Source: Phycisphaerae bacterium
Lineage (GTDB): Bacteria > Planctomycetota > Phycisphaerae > UBA1845
NCBI GenBank assembly: GCA_963666835.2
Contig: CAXXGO010000003.1
Span: 1 to 64,000, forward strand
Length of the DNA stretch: 64,000 nucleotides
Direction of reading: 5' to 3'
A program made the translations under genes and the position numbers. This document shows, in pieces, positions 9,506 to 19,191 of the stretch (positions within the stretch are counted from its first letter, which is position 1; each line of letters starts with the position of its first letter). The notes beneath the pieces are model-generated. The model saw nothing but the letters and a program-made list of their open reading frames with translations, had not been told where the DNA came from and did no database searches.

Positions 9506-10224
9506 CGGATTCGCTTGCGCAGAGCGCTTTCTTGAACGCTGACCAGTTCTTTGATTCCCCTGGCGGCGACGCGCAGCATCTTGTCCAGTTCCTCACGCGT
9601 GAAGGTCGCCTCTTCGCCGGTACCCTGTACTTCGATGAAACGTCCCTTGCCGGTCATCACGACGTTCATGTCGACCTCGGCAGTGACATCTTCCCGATAG
9701 TCAAGGTCCAGCAGGACCTTTCCACCCACTCGTCCCACGCTCACTGCCGCGACCTTGTCGCGGACCGGGGTCCTCTTTATCCACTTCTCGCGCAGTGCCA
9801 CCTTTACGGCGTCACACATTGCCACGTACGCCCCCGTGACGCTGGCGGTGCGGGTGCCCCCGTCTGCCTGGAGTACGTCGCAGTCGATCAGGATCGAATT
9901 CTCTCCGAGAATCTCCAGATCGACGACTGCGCGTAGTGATCTTCCGATGAGCCGCTGAATCTCGTGGGTCCGTCCGTCGATTTTGCTTCGGCTGCGCCGC
10001 CGGCGCTCGTGCGTGGACCCGGGCAACATGTCGTACTCGGCCGTGACCCAGCCGGTGCCCTGACCGGTCTTCCACGCGGGTACGCCGGTCTCCCAAGAGG
10101 CGGTGCATAGCACGACCGTATTGCCGGTGCGCATCAGCACCGACCCGGGCGCGGCACTTGTGTAGCCTCGATTTATTTCAACCGGGCGGAGTTCGTTGGA
10201 GCGTCTTCCATCTGGTCTGGCCAT
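9502..10224 (-). CDS. rph: Ribonuclease PH
   Basis: [28 protein letters not shown] and [15 protein letters not shown] motifs; start taken at MARPDGR. Confidence 0.96.
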   Translation of the reverse strand: MARPDGRRSNELRPVEINRGYTSAAPGSVLMRTGNTVVLCTASWETGVPAWKTGQGTGWVTAEYDMLPGSTHERRRRSRSKIDGRTHEIQRLIGRSLRAVVDLEILGENSILIDCDVLQADGGTRTASVTGAYVAMCDAVKVALREKWIKRTPVRDKVAAVSVGRVGGKVLLDLDYREDVTAEVDMNVVMTGKGRFIEVQGTGEEATFTREELDKMLRVAARGIKELVSVQESALRKRIR

Positions 10225-10372
10225 GCAGGATTCTCGTCTGTCGGGAAGCTCGAACTCTGTGGAACGCGTCAACGTTGCCTTTCATGGATACTCGCTCTTG
10301 TACCTCGATCAAGAGGATCAGCCGCTTTGCATCCGATCGTTGAAAGGACGATAGGGTCCGCGGTTGCGCGTG

Positions 10373-10855
10373 TCAATGCTCGGCGGAGCGGAGGCCATCG
10401 AGCACGCCGGCCGAGATTGGTCCGGTAGAGCGGAGCCTCACGCTGCGTTGGGTGTCACCGGTGATGGTCAGCTCTATCCACAGAGTGTCGTCGGGCATAA
10501 CATCTCTGACTCGATCCGCCCATTCCACCACGACCGTGCCGCCGGCCTGGACCATCTCGTCGAACCCCAACGCCAGTAACTCGCCGCCACTGCCCAGCCG
10601 ATACGTGTCCAGATGATATAGCGGGAACGTACCCGGATACTCGTGAACGAGAGTGAAGGTGGGACTGGTCACCTGCTGCGCGTCCTCGATTCCGTTGCCC
10701 GTGGCGATTCCCTTGACCAGGTGGGTCTTGCCGGCCCCCAGCGGACCCACCAAGCCGATCGTGAGTCCCTCGACGAGCACTGACCCGATCGACTCGCCCA
10801 GACTGTGCGTATCCTGCAGGCAGGTCAACTCCCGATCGATGCTCGTTACCGTCAT
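10373..10855 (-). CDS. tsaE: tRNA t6A biosynthesis ATPase TsaE
   Basis: GPLGAGKT P-loop, VTSPTFTLVHEY, HLDTYRL and VVEWA. Confidence 0.95.
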   Translation of the reverse strand: MTVTSIDRELTCLQDTHSLGESIGSVLVEGLTIGLVGPLGAGKTHLVKGIATGNGIEDAQQVTSPTFTLVHEYPGTFPLYHLDTYRLGSGGELLALGFDEMVQAGGTVVVEWADRVRDVMPDDTLWIELTITGDTQRSVRLRSTGPISAGVLDGLRSAEH

Positions 10856-11781
10856 CAGTGTATATACCCCGTTGGAGTAATGGTCTCGGTCCGTCCGTCG
10901 GCATGACGCAGGCGCAGACCCTCCTGTGTAACCACGCCGACCCTGTACAGTTCCACGCCGGGAACCTCGGCCTCGCCGGCCGTAGCCAGTAGCAGCTCGA
11001 AATCCTCCCCGTCTTCCAGGGCATGAGACAATGCGTTGCGGTTATCGTCAGCGCAGCGCCGGGCGTCATCACTGACGACCGCATCAATCTGAGACTCATT
11101 CAGGATTGCGCCCGTGTGCGATGCCCGACACATCCGCCAGAGATCCAGCGATAACCCATCACTCAGGTCCATCATGGCGTGCAGGTCCGCGCCCAGGGTC
11201 TCGGCGATCTTGCGAGCTTCGTGAACTCGTGGCGTAAACGACAGATGATGCCCAAGGAGGCTGCCGCCGAGCGGACCGGTAACGTGAAGTGCATCGCCCG
11301 GCCTGGCCCCGCTCCGCGACACGGGCGCAATACCCGAAAACGGCACCGCTGTGATTGCCACGTCAATCGCGAGGCGATGAGCCCACCGCGTAGTATCGCC
11401 CCCGACTATCACCGTATCGTACGCCGCGGCGATTCTGCGCATGCCGCCGAAGAGGGCTTTAGCCTCGACCAACGTGAACTCGCTCGGCAGAGCAACGGAT
11501 ACCAATACCGCGACCGGGCGGACCGCCATTGCCGCGCAATCGCTCAGGCTGCAGGCAATGGCCTTCCGTCCGATTTGGGGCAGCTCGTGCTTCGTCGTGT
11601 CGAAATGCACCCCGTCCAGCAGCATGTCGCAAGACAAACAGACTGATCCAGAGGATGTGGCCAGGGTGGCCATATCGTCGCCGATCCCAAGGGTCATTTC
11701 GGGGTACTGGGCCGGTCCGGGCAGCTCGGTCCGAAGCCACTCTACGAATTCGAGTTCATCGCCAGCCATGGTGGTCCCCAT
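10855..11781 (-). CDS. thiL: Thiamine-monophosphate kinase
   Basis: GIGDD, DMLLDGVHF, SDCAAM, GGDT, DLSDGL and GEDFELL. Confidence 0.95.
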   Translation of the reverse strand: MGTTMAGDELEFVEWLRTELPGPAQYPEMTLGIGDDMATLATSSGSVCLSCDMLLDGVHFDTTKHELPQIGRKAIACSLSDCAAMAVRPVAVLVSVALPSEFTLVEAKALFGGMRRIAAAYDTVIVGGDTTRWAHRLAIDVAITAVPFSGIAPVSRSGARPGDALHVTGPLGGSLLGHHLSFTPRVHEARKIAETLGADLHAMMDLSDGLSLDLWRMCRASHTGAILNESQIDAVVSDDARRCADDNRNALSHALEDGEDFELLLATAGEAEVPGVELYRVGVVTQEGLRLRHADGRTETITPTGYIH

Positions 11782-11934
11782 GATAACCCCGACGCGGCGG
11801 AGCGGCTAACCGTCCGGTCTACGGGGCTCGCGGGCCGTCTGAAGTGGAGCGAGCCTCGCCGCTTCCGCCGGCTTCGACCGAAACCGGTGGTTGCCGCTGA
11901 TGTTGAAAGCGGGCTCGGTCAACCGCAGTCCCTA

Positions 11935-12050
11935 CTATCTTGACAATTGTCCAGCCACCGTTCGATCCACGACATGCTGTGGTTGGACAATTGTCGAGAT
12001 AGGCGATCTTGACCATTGTTCACTGGCACGGTGCGACAATTGTCAAGATC
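11935..12050. repeat. Two tandem inverted repeats built on an ATCTTGACAATTGTC core
   Basis: 11935-11958 pairs with 11979-12002 (2 mismatches); 12005-12019 pairs with 12036-12050 (1 mismatch). Confidence 0.75.
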
Positions 12051-12249
12051 CAATGGGGCACGTCGACGCTGCGAAGACAGGTCGCGTGCGTTTCATGGCA
12101 GGCAGCGACGATACTGTGTGAGGGTTCTCGTGCGGCCCCGAGCTTGAATCTTCCGCACAAAACGTCGCGGCCTTTCCAATCCGCTTGCCCAACAGGTACG
12201 ATAACAAAAGCCGCATGGATACAGAGCAGAGGTTTGGGACGGGCTTTCG

Positions 12250-13077
12250 GTGAAGCAGGTGTTGTGTAGGCCATGGATCACAGTCCTCTTCGGCGCGGTC
12301 GTCCTTCTGGGGGGAGGTTGCCGCACGGCATCGCCGCGCTTGGTCGGGGAGGTTGTCTCGCCGATCCCGGTTGCCCGCTCCGTGCCTACTGACGAGCGTG
12401 AGCACTCAGCCGCTGCCGCGCCCTTGGATTTCCTGAGGGAGTGTCGCGACCACTATCTGGCGACGGTGCGGGACTACCGGGGCGTGTTCTCTTTGCGAGA
12501 GAGGGTCAACGGTGTCCTGCGCCCGGCAGAGGTGATCGATATTCGGTTTCGCGAAGAGCCCTTCAGCGTGAACATGGAGTGGGTCGAGAATGCCCGGCGA
12601 GCCGCTCGGGTGACTTATGTGGCCAACCGGTGGGTCCGTAATGGGCGGCAGCTTGCCCTTGTCAAACCGGCCGGTCTATTGGCTTGGCTCGTGCCGGCCG
12701 GTGTCAAGCGCTACATCCACGCCCCGGAGATGCTGGCCGAATCGCGCCGCCCGATCGACAAGTTCGGCTTCCGCAACACCTTGGAGCTGATCATCGATTA
12801 CTGCGAGAAGGCGCAAGGGCATCCCGACTTCAGCCTGCGCTATCTCGGGATTGCTGAGCACAATGAACGTGAGTGCTTCGTGCTCCAGCGGACTTTGCCG
12901 TTTACCGGAGTCGGCGGGTCTTACCCCGATTGCTTGCTCACCGTCTACATTGACCGGGAGTGGCTGGTGCCGGTCGGCTGCGTCTCCTACCTTGACGCCG
13001 CCGGCGAGCAGCTCTTGGGCAGTTACTCGTTTGCCGACGTGGAGTTCAACGTCGGTCTGACCGACCGGGACTTCTAA
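12250..13077 (+). CDS. Lipoprotein, DUF1571-like
   Basis: Lipobox GGGC; DYRGVFSLRERVNG..FREEPFSV, ESRRPIDKFGF, and C-terminal FNVGLTDRDF, as recalled for this family. Confidence 0.7.
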   Translation: MKQVLCRPWITVLFGAVVLLGGGCRTASPRLVGEVVSPIPVARSVPTDEREHSAAAAPLDFLRECRDHYLATVRDYRGVFSLRERVNGVLRPAEVIDIRFREEPFSVNMEWVENARRAARVTYVANRWVRNGRQLALVKPAGLLAWLVPAGVKRYIHAPEMLAESRRPIDKFGFRNTLELIIDYCEKAQGHPDFSLRYLGIAEHNERECFVLQRTLPFTGVGGSYPDCLLTVYIDREWLVPVGCVSYLDAAGEQLLGSYSFADVEFNVGLTDRDF

Positions 13078-13150
13078 TGTGCCCCAATCATGTCATAGGA
13101 CTCCTCGATACGACGTGTCGGCGGCGGAAGGTCTACGAGTACGCCGAGCT

Positions 13151-13837
13151 TCACGGCTCTGTTCGCCTGATGAAGTAAACCGTACCGACGAAGAAGAGCA
13201 GGATCCCGGGAATGACGGCACACCGGCGATACCACAAGTATATGTTGAACTCGTAGGCGAAGTGGTATTTAAGCACCGCCAACAATGCGAAGACCAGGAT
13301 CGGTGTGGCAATACCGATGGCCGCGGCGATTGTCGGACTGTCCAGAAACGTCGTAGCCAACCACGCCGCCCCGAACAGTAGTATCGCCGTGAAGCTGAAT
13401 ATCGGGAACGCATCCCCGCGGAACCTCACCAGATGCTCCGGGATCTCGCCGAGCAGCGGCGGGATTACGTACACCGCGACCGTGCCGAACAGCCAGACCA
13501 GAGCGGAGCACCCCAGAGCCAGGATGATCTTGCTGGTGATGATTGAGAGACGCGATGGGGGCAAGTAGGCCAGAAACTCGGCGGAGCGGTCCATCCGTTC
13601 GGCGGCAACCGCATTGCCCGCGAGGATTGCGATAGACAGCAGCGAAATCCCCAGCGTCGTCACCCCCCCGGAAATCAGGAACCGCTGCCAGCCCCATACG
13701 AGCTTGTCGTACCGCCAATCGGCGTACACGTTGATGATGCCACCGACGCCCATGGGCCCCACGAGAAGGACAAGGCCGATAATCAGGGCAAGCCGGTTAA
13801 CGTGAAAGTCCTTCCAAAGCAGTGTTCTTACCATCAT
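13151..13837 (-). CDS. ABC-2 type transporter permease
   Basis: LLWKDF start, about 6 hydrophobic helices, AAERMDRSAEFLAYLPPSR motif; overlaps the ATPase stop. Confidence 0.85.
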   Translation of the reverse strand: MMVRTLLWKDFHVNRLALIIGLVLLVGPMGVGGIINVYADWRYDKLVWGWQRFLISGGVTTLGISLLSIAILAGNAVAAERMDRSAEFLAYLPPSRLSIITSKIILALGCSALVWLFGTVAVYVIPPLLGEIPEHLVRFRGDAFPIFSFTAILLFGAAWLATTFLDSPTIAAAIGIATPILVFALLAVLKYHFAYEFNIYLWYRRCAVIPGILLFFVGTVYFIRRTEP

Positions 13838-14742
13838 GCCGATGCCCTCCTTCCGCGGATGACGTCTTTGAAGACGTCCTCCAGCCCCAGATCCATCACC
13901 TCGATGTTGTCTACGGGGTACTTCTCCTTCAGGAACGCCAGCGTGTTCTGCGAGAAGCCTCGAACCGTCAGGAGCCACTCCCGCCGTTGAAACCGCTGCC
14001 ACACGGTCCCGTCGGGAGACTCACCCGGTGTGCAACCGTCGTGCAGGACTGCTCGGATGCGTTTAGTGCCCGTGATAAGCTCGTCGGTCGAGCAATGTGA
14101 GATCAGCCGCCCCTCGTTGATGATCCCTACCGTATCTGCCAATCGTTGCACATCACTGAGCGTGTGGCTCGAGAACAGGACCGTCTGCGATCGCTCGCAG
14201 ATTGTTCGCAGTACTCCGTCGAGAAACTCCTCCCGGATTAGCGGATCAAGACCGGAGGTCGGTTCATCCAGAATGAGGAGCTCCGGTTCGTGGGCGATTG
14301 CCAGAAGCAAAGCGAGCTTGGCCACCATCCCTTTAGAGAGGTGTTTCACCTTCTTGTTGACATCCAAATCGAATAGGTTGATCAACTCTCGGCAGACTCC
14401 GTCATTCCAGGTCGGATAGAGTGCTCGGCAGAACGCAACCGCTTCTCCAACGCGCATCCACCGGTAGATGTAGTGCAGCTCCGGCACGTACCCGACTCGA
14501 TGCTTGACCGCCTCGGCGCGGTTAGCGGCGTCGTGTCCCAGAACCATCGCCGTCCCAGAGCTTCTACGCACCATGCCCATCAACATCTTAATGGTCGTGC
14601 TCTTGCCGGCCCCGTTCGGACCGATGAACCCGAACGTACTTCCCACCGGGATCTGCAGGCACAGATCTTCCACGGCCGCCTTGTCCCCGTACAGCTTCGT
14701 CAGGCCCGCCGTCTCTACCGCGAAGGGGGTTGAATCGTTCAT
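13834..14742 (-). CDS. ABC transporter ATP-binding protein (YtrB-like)
   Basis: GPNGAGKST, LSKGM, LILDEPTSGLD and SSH. Confidence 0.95.
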   Translation of the reverse strand: MNDSTPFAVETAGLTKLYGDKAAVEDLCLQIPVGSTFGFIGPNGAGKSTTIKMLMGMVRRSSGTAMVLGHDAANRAEAVKHRVGYVPELHYIYRWMRVGEAVAFCRALYPTWNDGVCRELINLFDLDVNKKVKHLSKGMVAKLALLLAIAHEPELLILDEPTSGLDPLIREEFLDGVLRTICERSQTVLFSSHTLSDVQRLADTVGIINEGRLISHCSTDELITGTKRIRAVLHDGCTPGESPDGTVWQRFQRREWLLTVRGFSQNTLAFLKEKYPVDNIEVMDLGLEDVFKDVIRGRRASA

Positions 14743-15143
14743 GTTTGCCTCGTTCTGTCTGTCTTGGTTTCCAAGCGGGTGTGTTTCCACGCCTGCTCAA
14801 AGCACGCCCGGATACGTTCGCCGGGCATGTTCGCATCCTGGCCAGCGAGAATTCCCTGCTCGAAGGCCGCCAGCACGGCTTCCTCCGACTTGTCCCGGGC
14901 GAATGTCGCTCCGTGTGTCGTAACGAACATTCCCCGTCCCTTGCGGGCATGAATAAGTCCTTCCCGCTCCAACTCCTCGTACGCCCGCTGAACGGTGTTC
15001 GGGTTCACGGTCAGCTCCAGAGCCATCGCTCGCAGCGAGGGGATCATCTCTCCCGGTCGGTACACCCCGGCCGCGACCGCCCGGCGTACATATCCGGCTA
15101 TCTGGCGGAATATTGGAACTGGACTCGATGGATCCACACTCAC
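14739..15143 (-). CDS. GntR family regulator, YtrA subfamily
   Basis: PIFRQI, PSLRAMALELTVNPNTVQRAYEELEREG..RKGRGMFV; short C-terminus; heads an ABC operon. Confidence 0.92.
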   Translation of the reverse strand: MSVDPSSPVPIFRQIAGYVRRAVAAGVYRPGEMIPSLRAMALELTVNPNTVQRAYEELEREGLIHARKGRGMFVTTHGATFARDKSEEAVLAAFEQGILAGQDANMPGERIRACFEQAWKHTRLETKTDRTRQT

Positions 15144-15160
15144 GTCGCCAACCCCCGCGA

Positions 15161-15199
15161 TGATATACTGCGCTAGCACACTAATGCAGTATAGCACAT
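15161..15199. promoter_or_regulatory. Probable YtrA-type autoregulatory operator
   Basis: Inverted repeat TATACTGC...GCAGTATA with TAGCACA repeated 18 bp apart, immediately upstream of the GntR gene. Confidence 0.6.
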
Positions 15200-15436
15200 G
15201 GGTTTCCGGTGGTCAAGCGTATCGGCGGCGCGAACGGGCTTCTCAACGAGATAGACGGGTGTGGGAGTGGTTTGTTGAGGTGTTGAAGCCTGTCAGTGCG
15301 GATCCTGTGAAGTGTCACGTATCCTGTGGCACAAACTCCGACAGGATTGTACAATGCGCGGGCGCGACTCTGCCGTAATATCGGTGGTTGGGCAGACAGA
15401 CGTTAGAGGAACAACCGAGCAGAGAGGATCCTGACA

Positions 15437-15646
15437 GTGGCGGAGCGATCGGAGCGAAACCGAACGATGTTGGGGGTCGGCAGTCTTCTGAGTACGGTGG
15501 GGGGCACCATGATTGTGCTCACAATACTGTTGGACCCCCAGTGGCTTCATGGGGTTTTGGCTTTCCCGGCCGGGTTTGCAATGGGGATCATGGCCGGAGT
15601 CGGGGGCGGTCTCGCCCTGGCGAACCTGCGTCCTTCCAGCTCCTGA
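15437..15646 (+). CDS. Small two-helix membrane protein
   Basis: AGAGG RBS before the GTG start; two Gly-rich hydrophobic segments. Confidence 0.55.
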   Translation: MAERSERNRTMLGVGSLLSTVGGTMIVLTILLDPQWLHGVLAFPAGFAMGIMAGVGGGLALANLRPSSS

Positions 15647-15765
15647 CCGTTCTTGGCCGAACTCGCGTGCAGGGTGGGGGACTGACGTTTGTCAGCCACA
15701 GCGGCCAGCCGACACTGCACTATATCATCATCCCATCCGGATGCCGGCGAGGTGTGCTCGCGTTA

Positions 15766-15846
15766 CGTAACGCAGGCTTCCAGCCTGCTGGGCGATCAGT
15801 AGACCAACGACGCGTTTGAAGATGCAGACAGGATGTCGGCGTTACG
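15766..15846. repeat. Inverted REP-like pair (CGTAACGCAGGCTTCCAGCCTGC / GCAGACAGGATGTCGGCGTTACG)
   Basis: Imperfect palindromes with outward GTAA(C) ends; a partial third copy at about 15854-15870. Confidence 0.6.
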
Positions 15847-15999
15847 GCCAAATGCGGACAGGATGTCTGGGGCTGCGCGCATCTGCTACGGGCGCAGGTG
15901 CGGGAAGAGGATCACTCGCTACAATGCCTCGGCGAAGGGCGGGTTCGTCGTTGATTCCGTCTTGTCCGACATGCGACTCCAAGACACGCGGAGGTCTTT

Positions 16000-16488
16000 G
16001 TGAAACAGGTAACGATCAGCACTGATTCAGGTGACATGAACTTGACATTCCTGCCGGACAAGGCTCCGCAGCACGTAGAGAACTTCGTGAGTTTGGCCGA
16101 GTCGGGTTTCTACGACGGTCTGGCCTTCCACCGGATTATCGACGGTTTCATGATTCAAGGAGGGTGTCCCCGGGGCGATGGGACCGGTGACGGGCCGCGT
16201 TCGCTCAAAGCCGAGTTCAACGATACCCCGCATGTGCTGGGCACACTGTCGATGGCCCGATCCCAGGATCCGGATTCGGCCTCCTGCCAGTTCTTCATCT
16301 GTCTTGCCGACGCCGGTTTCCTTGACGGCCAGTATACGGCCTTTGGTCGGATTACGGATGACGCGTCTCTTGAGGTCCTCAAGAAGATCGGGTCCGTGGA
16401 GGTGCGTGACGCCGGAACGGGCGAGAGGTCCAGCCCGGTTCAGCCGGTCAAGATCAATTCGATGACGGTTTCGGAGGTTACAGCCTAA
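16000..16488 (+). CDS. Cyclophilin-type peptidyl-prolyl cis-trans isomerase
   Basis: FYDGLAFHRIIDGFMIQGG, GTLSMAR, QFFI and LDGQYTAFG; GGAGG RBS. Confidence 0.95.
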   Translation: MKQVTISTDSGDMNLTFLPDKAPQHVENFVSLAESGFYDGLAFHRIIDGFMIQGGCPRGDGTGDGPRSLKAEFNDTPHVLGTLSMARSQDPDSASCQFFICLADAGFLDGQYTAFGRITDDASLEVLKKIGSVEVRDAGTGERSSPVQPVKINSMTVSEVTA

Positions 16489-16969
16489 GACCAGGGCGGT
16501 CCGCAACCGCAGGGACCGGCACGGGTCTTCGAGCGATTCCGCTCCGTGGTTGGGTGCGCTCCGCGGTGCCCTCGGTCCGTTCCGAGCCGGGCGTTTCGAG
16601 GTTCAAACCCAAGCTGCGGCAGACGTATTCGGTGACATCCTCATTGCGGATTGGCTTAGGGATAAACGCCGTGGCCCCGCACTCGAGGAGGTCGGAGATC
16701 TCGCGCGGGGCGACCACCGCCGACATGATGAGGATCGGCAGATCTTTTCGTTCAGGGGAAGCTCGGAACTGGGAGACCAGCTCTCGGCCGTTCATGATGG
16801 GCATGTCGACGTCGGTGATCACGAGGGCGATGTCGGGGTTATCCTGGTAGATCTGCCAGGCCCGCGCGCCGTCACTCGCCGAGATGTCCGCCAGCCCCAT
16901 GGACGAGATGATTCTGCCCACGAGCCTTCTCATGGCTTCGTCGTCGTCTACGATCAGTACCTTCTGCAT
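16478..16969 (-). CDS. CheY-like single-domain response regulator with short C-terminal extension
   Basis: VLIVDDD, VITDVDMP (phospho-Asp) and FIPKP; directly downstream of cheB. Confidence 0.85.
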   Translation of the reverse strand: MQKVLIVDDDEAMRRLVGRIISSMGLADISASDGARAWQIYQDNPDIALVITDVDMPIMNGRELVSQFRASPERKDLPILIMSAVVAPREISDLLECGATAFIPKPIRNEDVTEYVCRSLGLNLETPGSERTEGTAERTQPRSGIARRPVPVPAVADRPGLRL

Positions 16970-17010
16970 GACAACCTCCCGGGCCCCCGGGGCGAGAGCG
17001 TTTATGAGCT

Positions 17011-18090
17011 CTATGCGGAGGCGGTTTGGGGTTTCGGCTTCCGCTGGGTCAACATGGCGAGGGCCTCGTCCGCGATGCTGTCCAGGGGCATCAACTTCTC
17101 TGCGCCGCCACGAATGTAAGCCTCTTTGGGCATTCCGAAGACCACGCTGGTAGCCTCGTCTTGTGCCACGGTTCTGGCCCCAGCATTTCTCATATTGACC
17201 ATAGCGTCGGCTCCGTCGTGTCCCATGCCTGTCAACATGATCCCCACGGCGTTGGCTCCGACATGCTTGGCAACGGAGTCGAACAGCACTTCCACTGAAG
17301 GGCAGTGCCCGCAGACGTTTTCTCCGTGGCGGCAATCGACGGTGTAGATACCACCCGACCGGCGTACCGTCAGATGGCGGTCGCCCGGGGCGATCAACAC
17401 TTGTCCCGGCATGACCCGGTCGCCGGTGTCTGCCTGCTTCACTGACATCTGGCAGAGGGTGTTAAGGCGGTTGGCGAACGACTCGGTGAACCCGGCCGGC
17501 ATGTGTTGGACGATGACAACTCCGGGGGTAGTCGCCGGGAACTGCGTGATCACGGCGCGAATGGCCTCGGTTCCACCGGTTGATGCCCCGATGGCCACCA
17601 CCTTGTCAGTCGACTCCTCGAGCGCTTTTGTCGACGCCCGGGCGGCGGTCGGGGTCGAGGGTTTCCGGTTCTTCCAATGGCTGACGTTGGCCGAGGCGGC
17701 GATCTTCACTTTGGTCCGCAGCTCCATCATCATCCCGTCAAGGCCTTGGGCGACGTTGGTGCTGGGTTTAGTCACGAAATCGACGGCTCCGGCGTCCAAA
17801 GCGTCGAGCGTAATGCGTTTGCCCCGCTCGGTCAGTGAACTGACCATGACCACCGGGAGCGGGTATTGCGGCATCAGGCGGCGAAGGAATTCCACGCCGT
17901 CCATCCGCGGCATCTCGACGTCGAGAGTCAGGACATCCGGGCGTAGCTCGATGATCTTGTCGCGGGCGATGAAGGCGTCGGCCGCCGTCCCGACAACGTC
18001 GATGTTGACGTCGGCGGCCAGTCCTTGGGACAGGATGTTCCGCACGAGAGCGGAGTCATCGACGACAAGCAGTTTGATTATCTTCGCCAT
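17011..18090 (-). CDS. cheB: Chemotaxis methylesterase CheB
   Basis: REC domain (LDVEMP) plus GASTGG, VQHMP and LTGMGHDGA. Confidence 0.97.
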   Translation of the reverse strand: MAKIIKLLVVDDSALVRNILSQGLAADVNIDVVGTAADAFIARDKIIELRPDVLTLDVEMPRMDGVEFLRRLMPQYPLPVVMVSSLTERGKRITLDALDAGAVDFVTKPSTNVAQGLDGMMMELRTKVKIAASANVSHWKNRKPSTPTAARASTKALEESTDKVVAIGASTGGTEAIRAVITQFPATTPGVVIVQHMPAGFTESFANRLNTLCQMSVKQADTGDRVMPGQVLIAPGDRHLTVRRSGGIYTVDCRHGENVCGHCPSVEVLFDSVAKHVGANAVGIMLTGMGHDGADAMVNMRNAGARTVAQDEATSVVFGMPKEAYIRGGAEKLMPLDSIADEALAMLTQRKPKPQTASA

Positions 18091-18095
18091 GGCTG

Positions 18096-18971
18096 TCAGT
18101 CCTTCTTGTACACCGAGGGGGCTACACTCCGGTATTGCGTCGCGCCGCGTTCCAGGGTTTCCGAGTGGGCTATGAAGAGATACCCTCCCGGTTCGGTTAT
18201 ATCATAGAGCCGTTGAACCAGAGCTCTCTTGGTCGGCTGATCGAAGTAGATCATGACGTTCCGGCAGAAGATGACGTGGAATGGTCGCCTAAAAGGCATG
18301 CGGGTGTTCATCAGGTTGAACCGGCGATAGGTGACTTCCTTCTTCACCTCGGGCGTCACCGCCCAGCGACCATCCTCCAGTTTGGTGAAGTACTTGTACT
18401 TGAGGTTGGCGGGGATGCGGGAAAGCTCTTCTTCGTCATAGACCGCGGTTCGCGCGGTTTCCAGGGCTTTGAGAGATATGTCCGTTGCCAGTAGCCCGGC
18501 GGTCCACGAACCGTACTGCGGACCCAAAAAGTCGTGCAACAGTATCGCCAGCATGTACGCTTCCTCCCCCGTAGAACACGCGGCACACCAGATTCGTAAG
18601 TCGCGCTTGTTGATCCCAGACAATCGTGCCGTGATATCGGGTAGAACCGTCCTCGTATAGAAATCGAAATGAGCTTCTTCGCGATAGAAGTAAGTGAAGT
18701 TCGTGGTAATACGGTTGGCGAGTTCATCTATGGCTTCGCCGCTGGGTTCGTGAACGACGTGTTCGTAATACTGCTGGAAGGTTGAGAAATCGTGCTTCCG
18801 CAGGAGTGAGCGGAGCCGGCTTATCACCAGACTGCGTTTCTGGTCTCCCAAAGCAATGCCGAATCGGTCGTACACGAGCTTGCGGATCTGATCGAACTCT
18901 CGATTCGAGAGCTTGGGGTCGCTCTTCGCCGCGTCATACGGGCTTGTCGATGTGGGTGTCGGACCGTCCAT
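18096..18971 (-). CDS. cheR: Chemotaxis methyltransferase CheR
   Basis: TTNFTYFYRE, IWCAACSTGEEAY and IFCRNVMIYFD. Confidence 0.97.
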   Translation of the reverse strand: MDGPTPTSTSPYDAAKSDPKLSNREFDQIRKLVYDRFGIALGDQKRSLVISRLRSLLRKHDFSTFQQYYEHVVHEPSGEAIDELANRITTNFTYFYREEAHFDFYTRTVLPDITARLSGINKRDLRIWCAACSTGEEAYMLAILLHDFLGPQYGSWTAGLLATDISLKALETARTAVYDEEELSRIPANLKYKYFTKLEDGRWAVTPEVKKEVTYRRFNLMNTRMPFRRPFHVIFCRNVMIYFDQPTKRALVQRLYDITEPGGYLFIAHSETLERGATQYRSVAPSVYKKD

Positions 18972-19191
18972 CGCTGGTGTGCTCGCAAACGAACCGGTTT
19001 TTGGTCAACAGCCCGAGAGAAACGCGAGGTCCCTAGTCACAAGGCCACGCCGCCTTCTGTGGGGGGCCAAGACCGTACGTCTGTACCGGCCCAGCGCAGG
19101 ACCGCATTTGCTCAGCAGTCCTTCCGCTGAGCCGGCACCAATGCCGACCCGACCGTAAATGGGTCGGGCCGGCCGATATCGAGACCCTTCC

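Noticed and set aside
11790..12240. Possible TPP riboswitch upstream of thiL
   Set aside because: Only a TCCCTAC fragment matches. The CTGAGA and CCTGAT...AATGC core elements were not found in the right arrangement.
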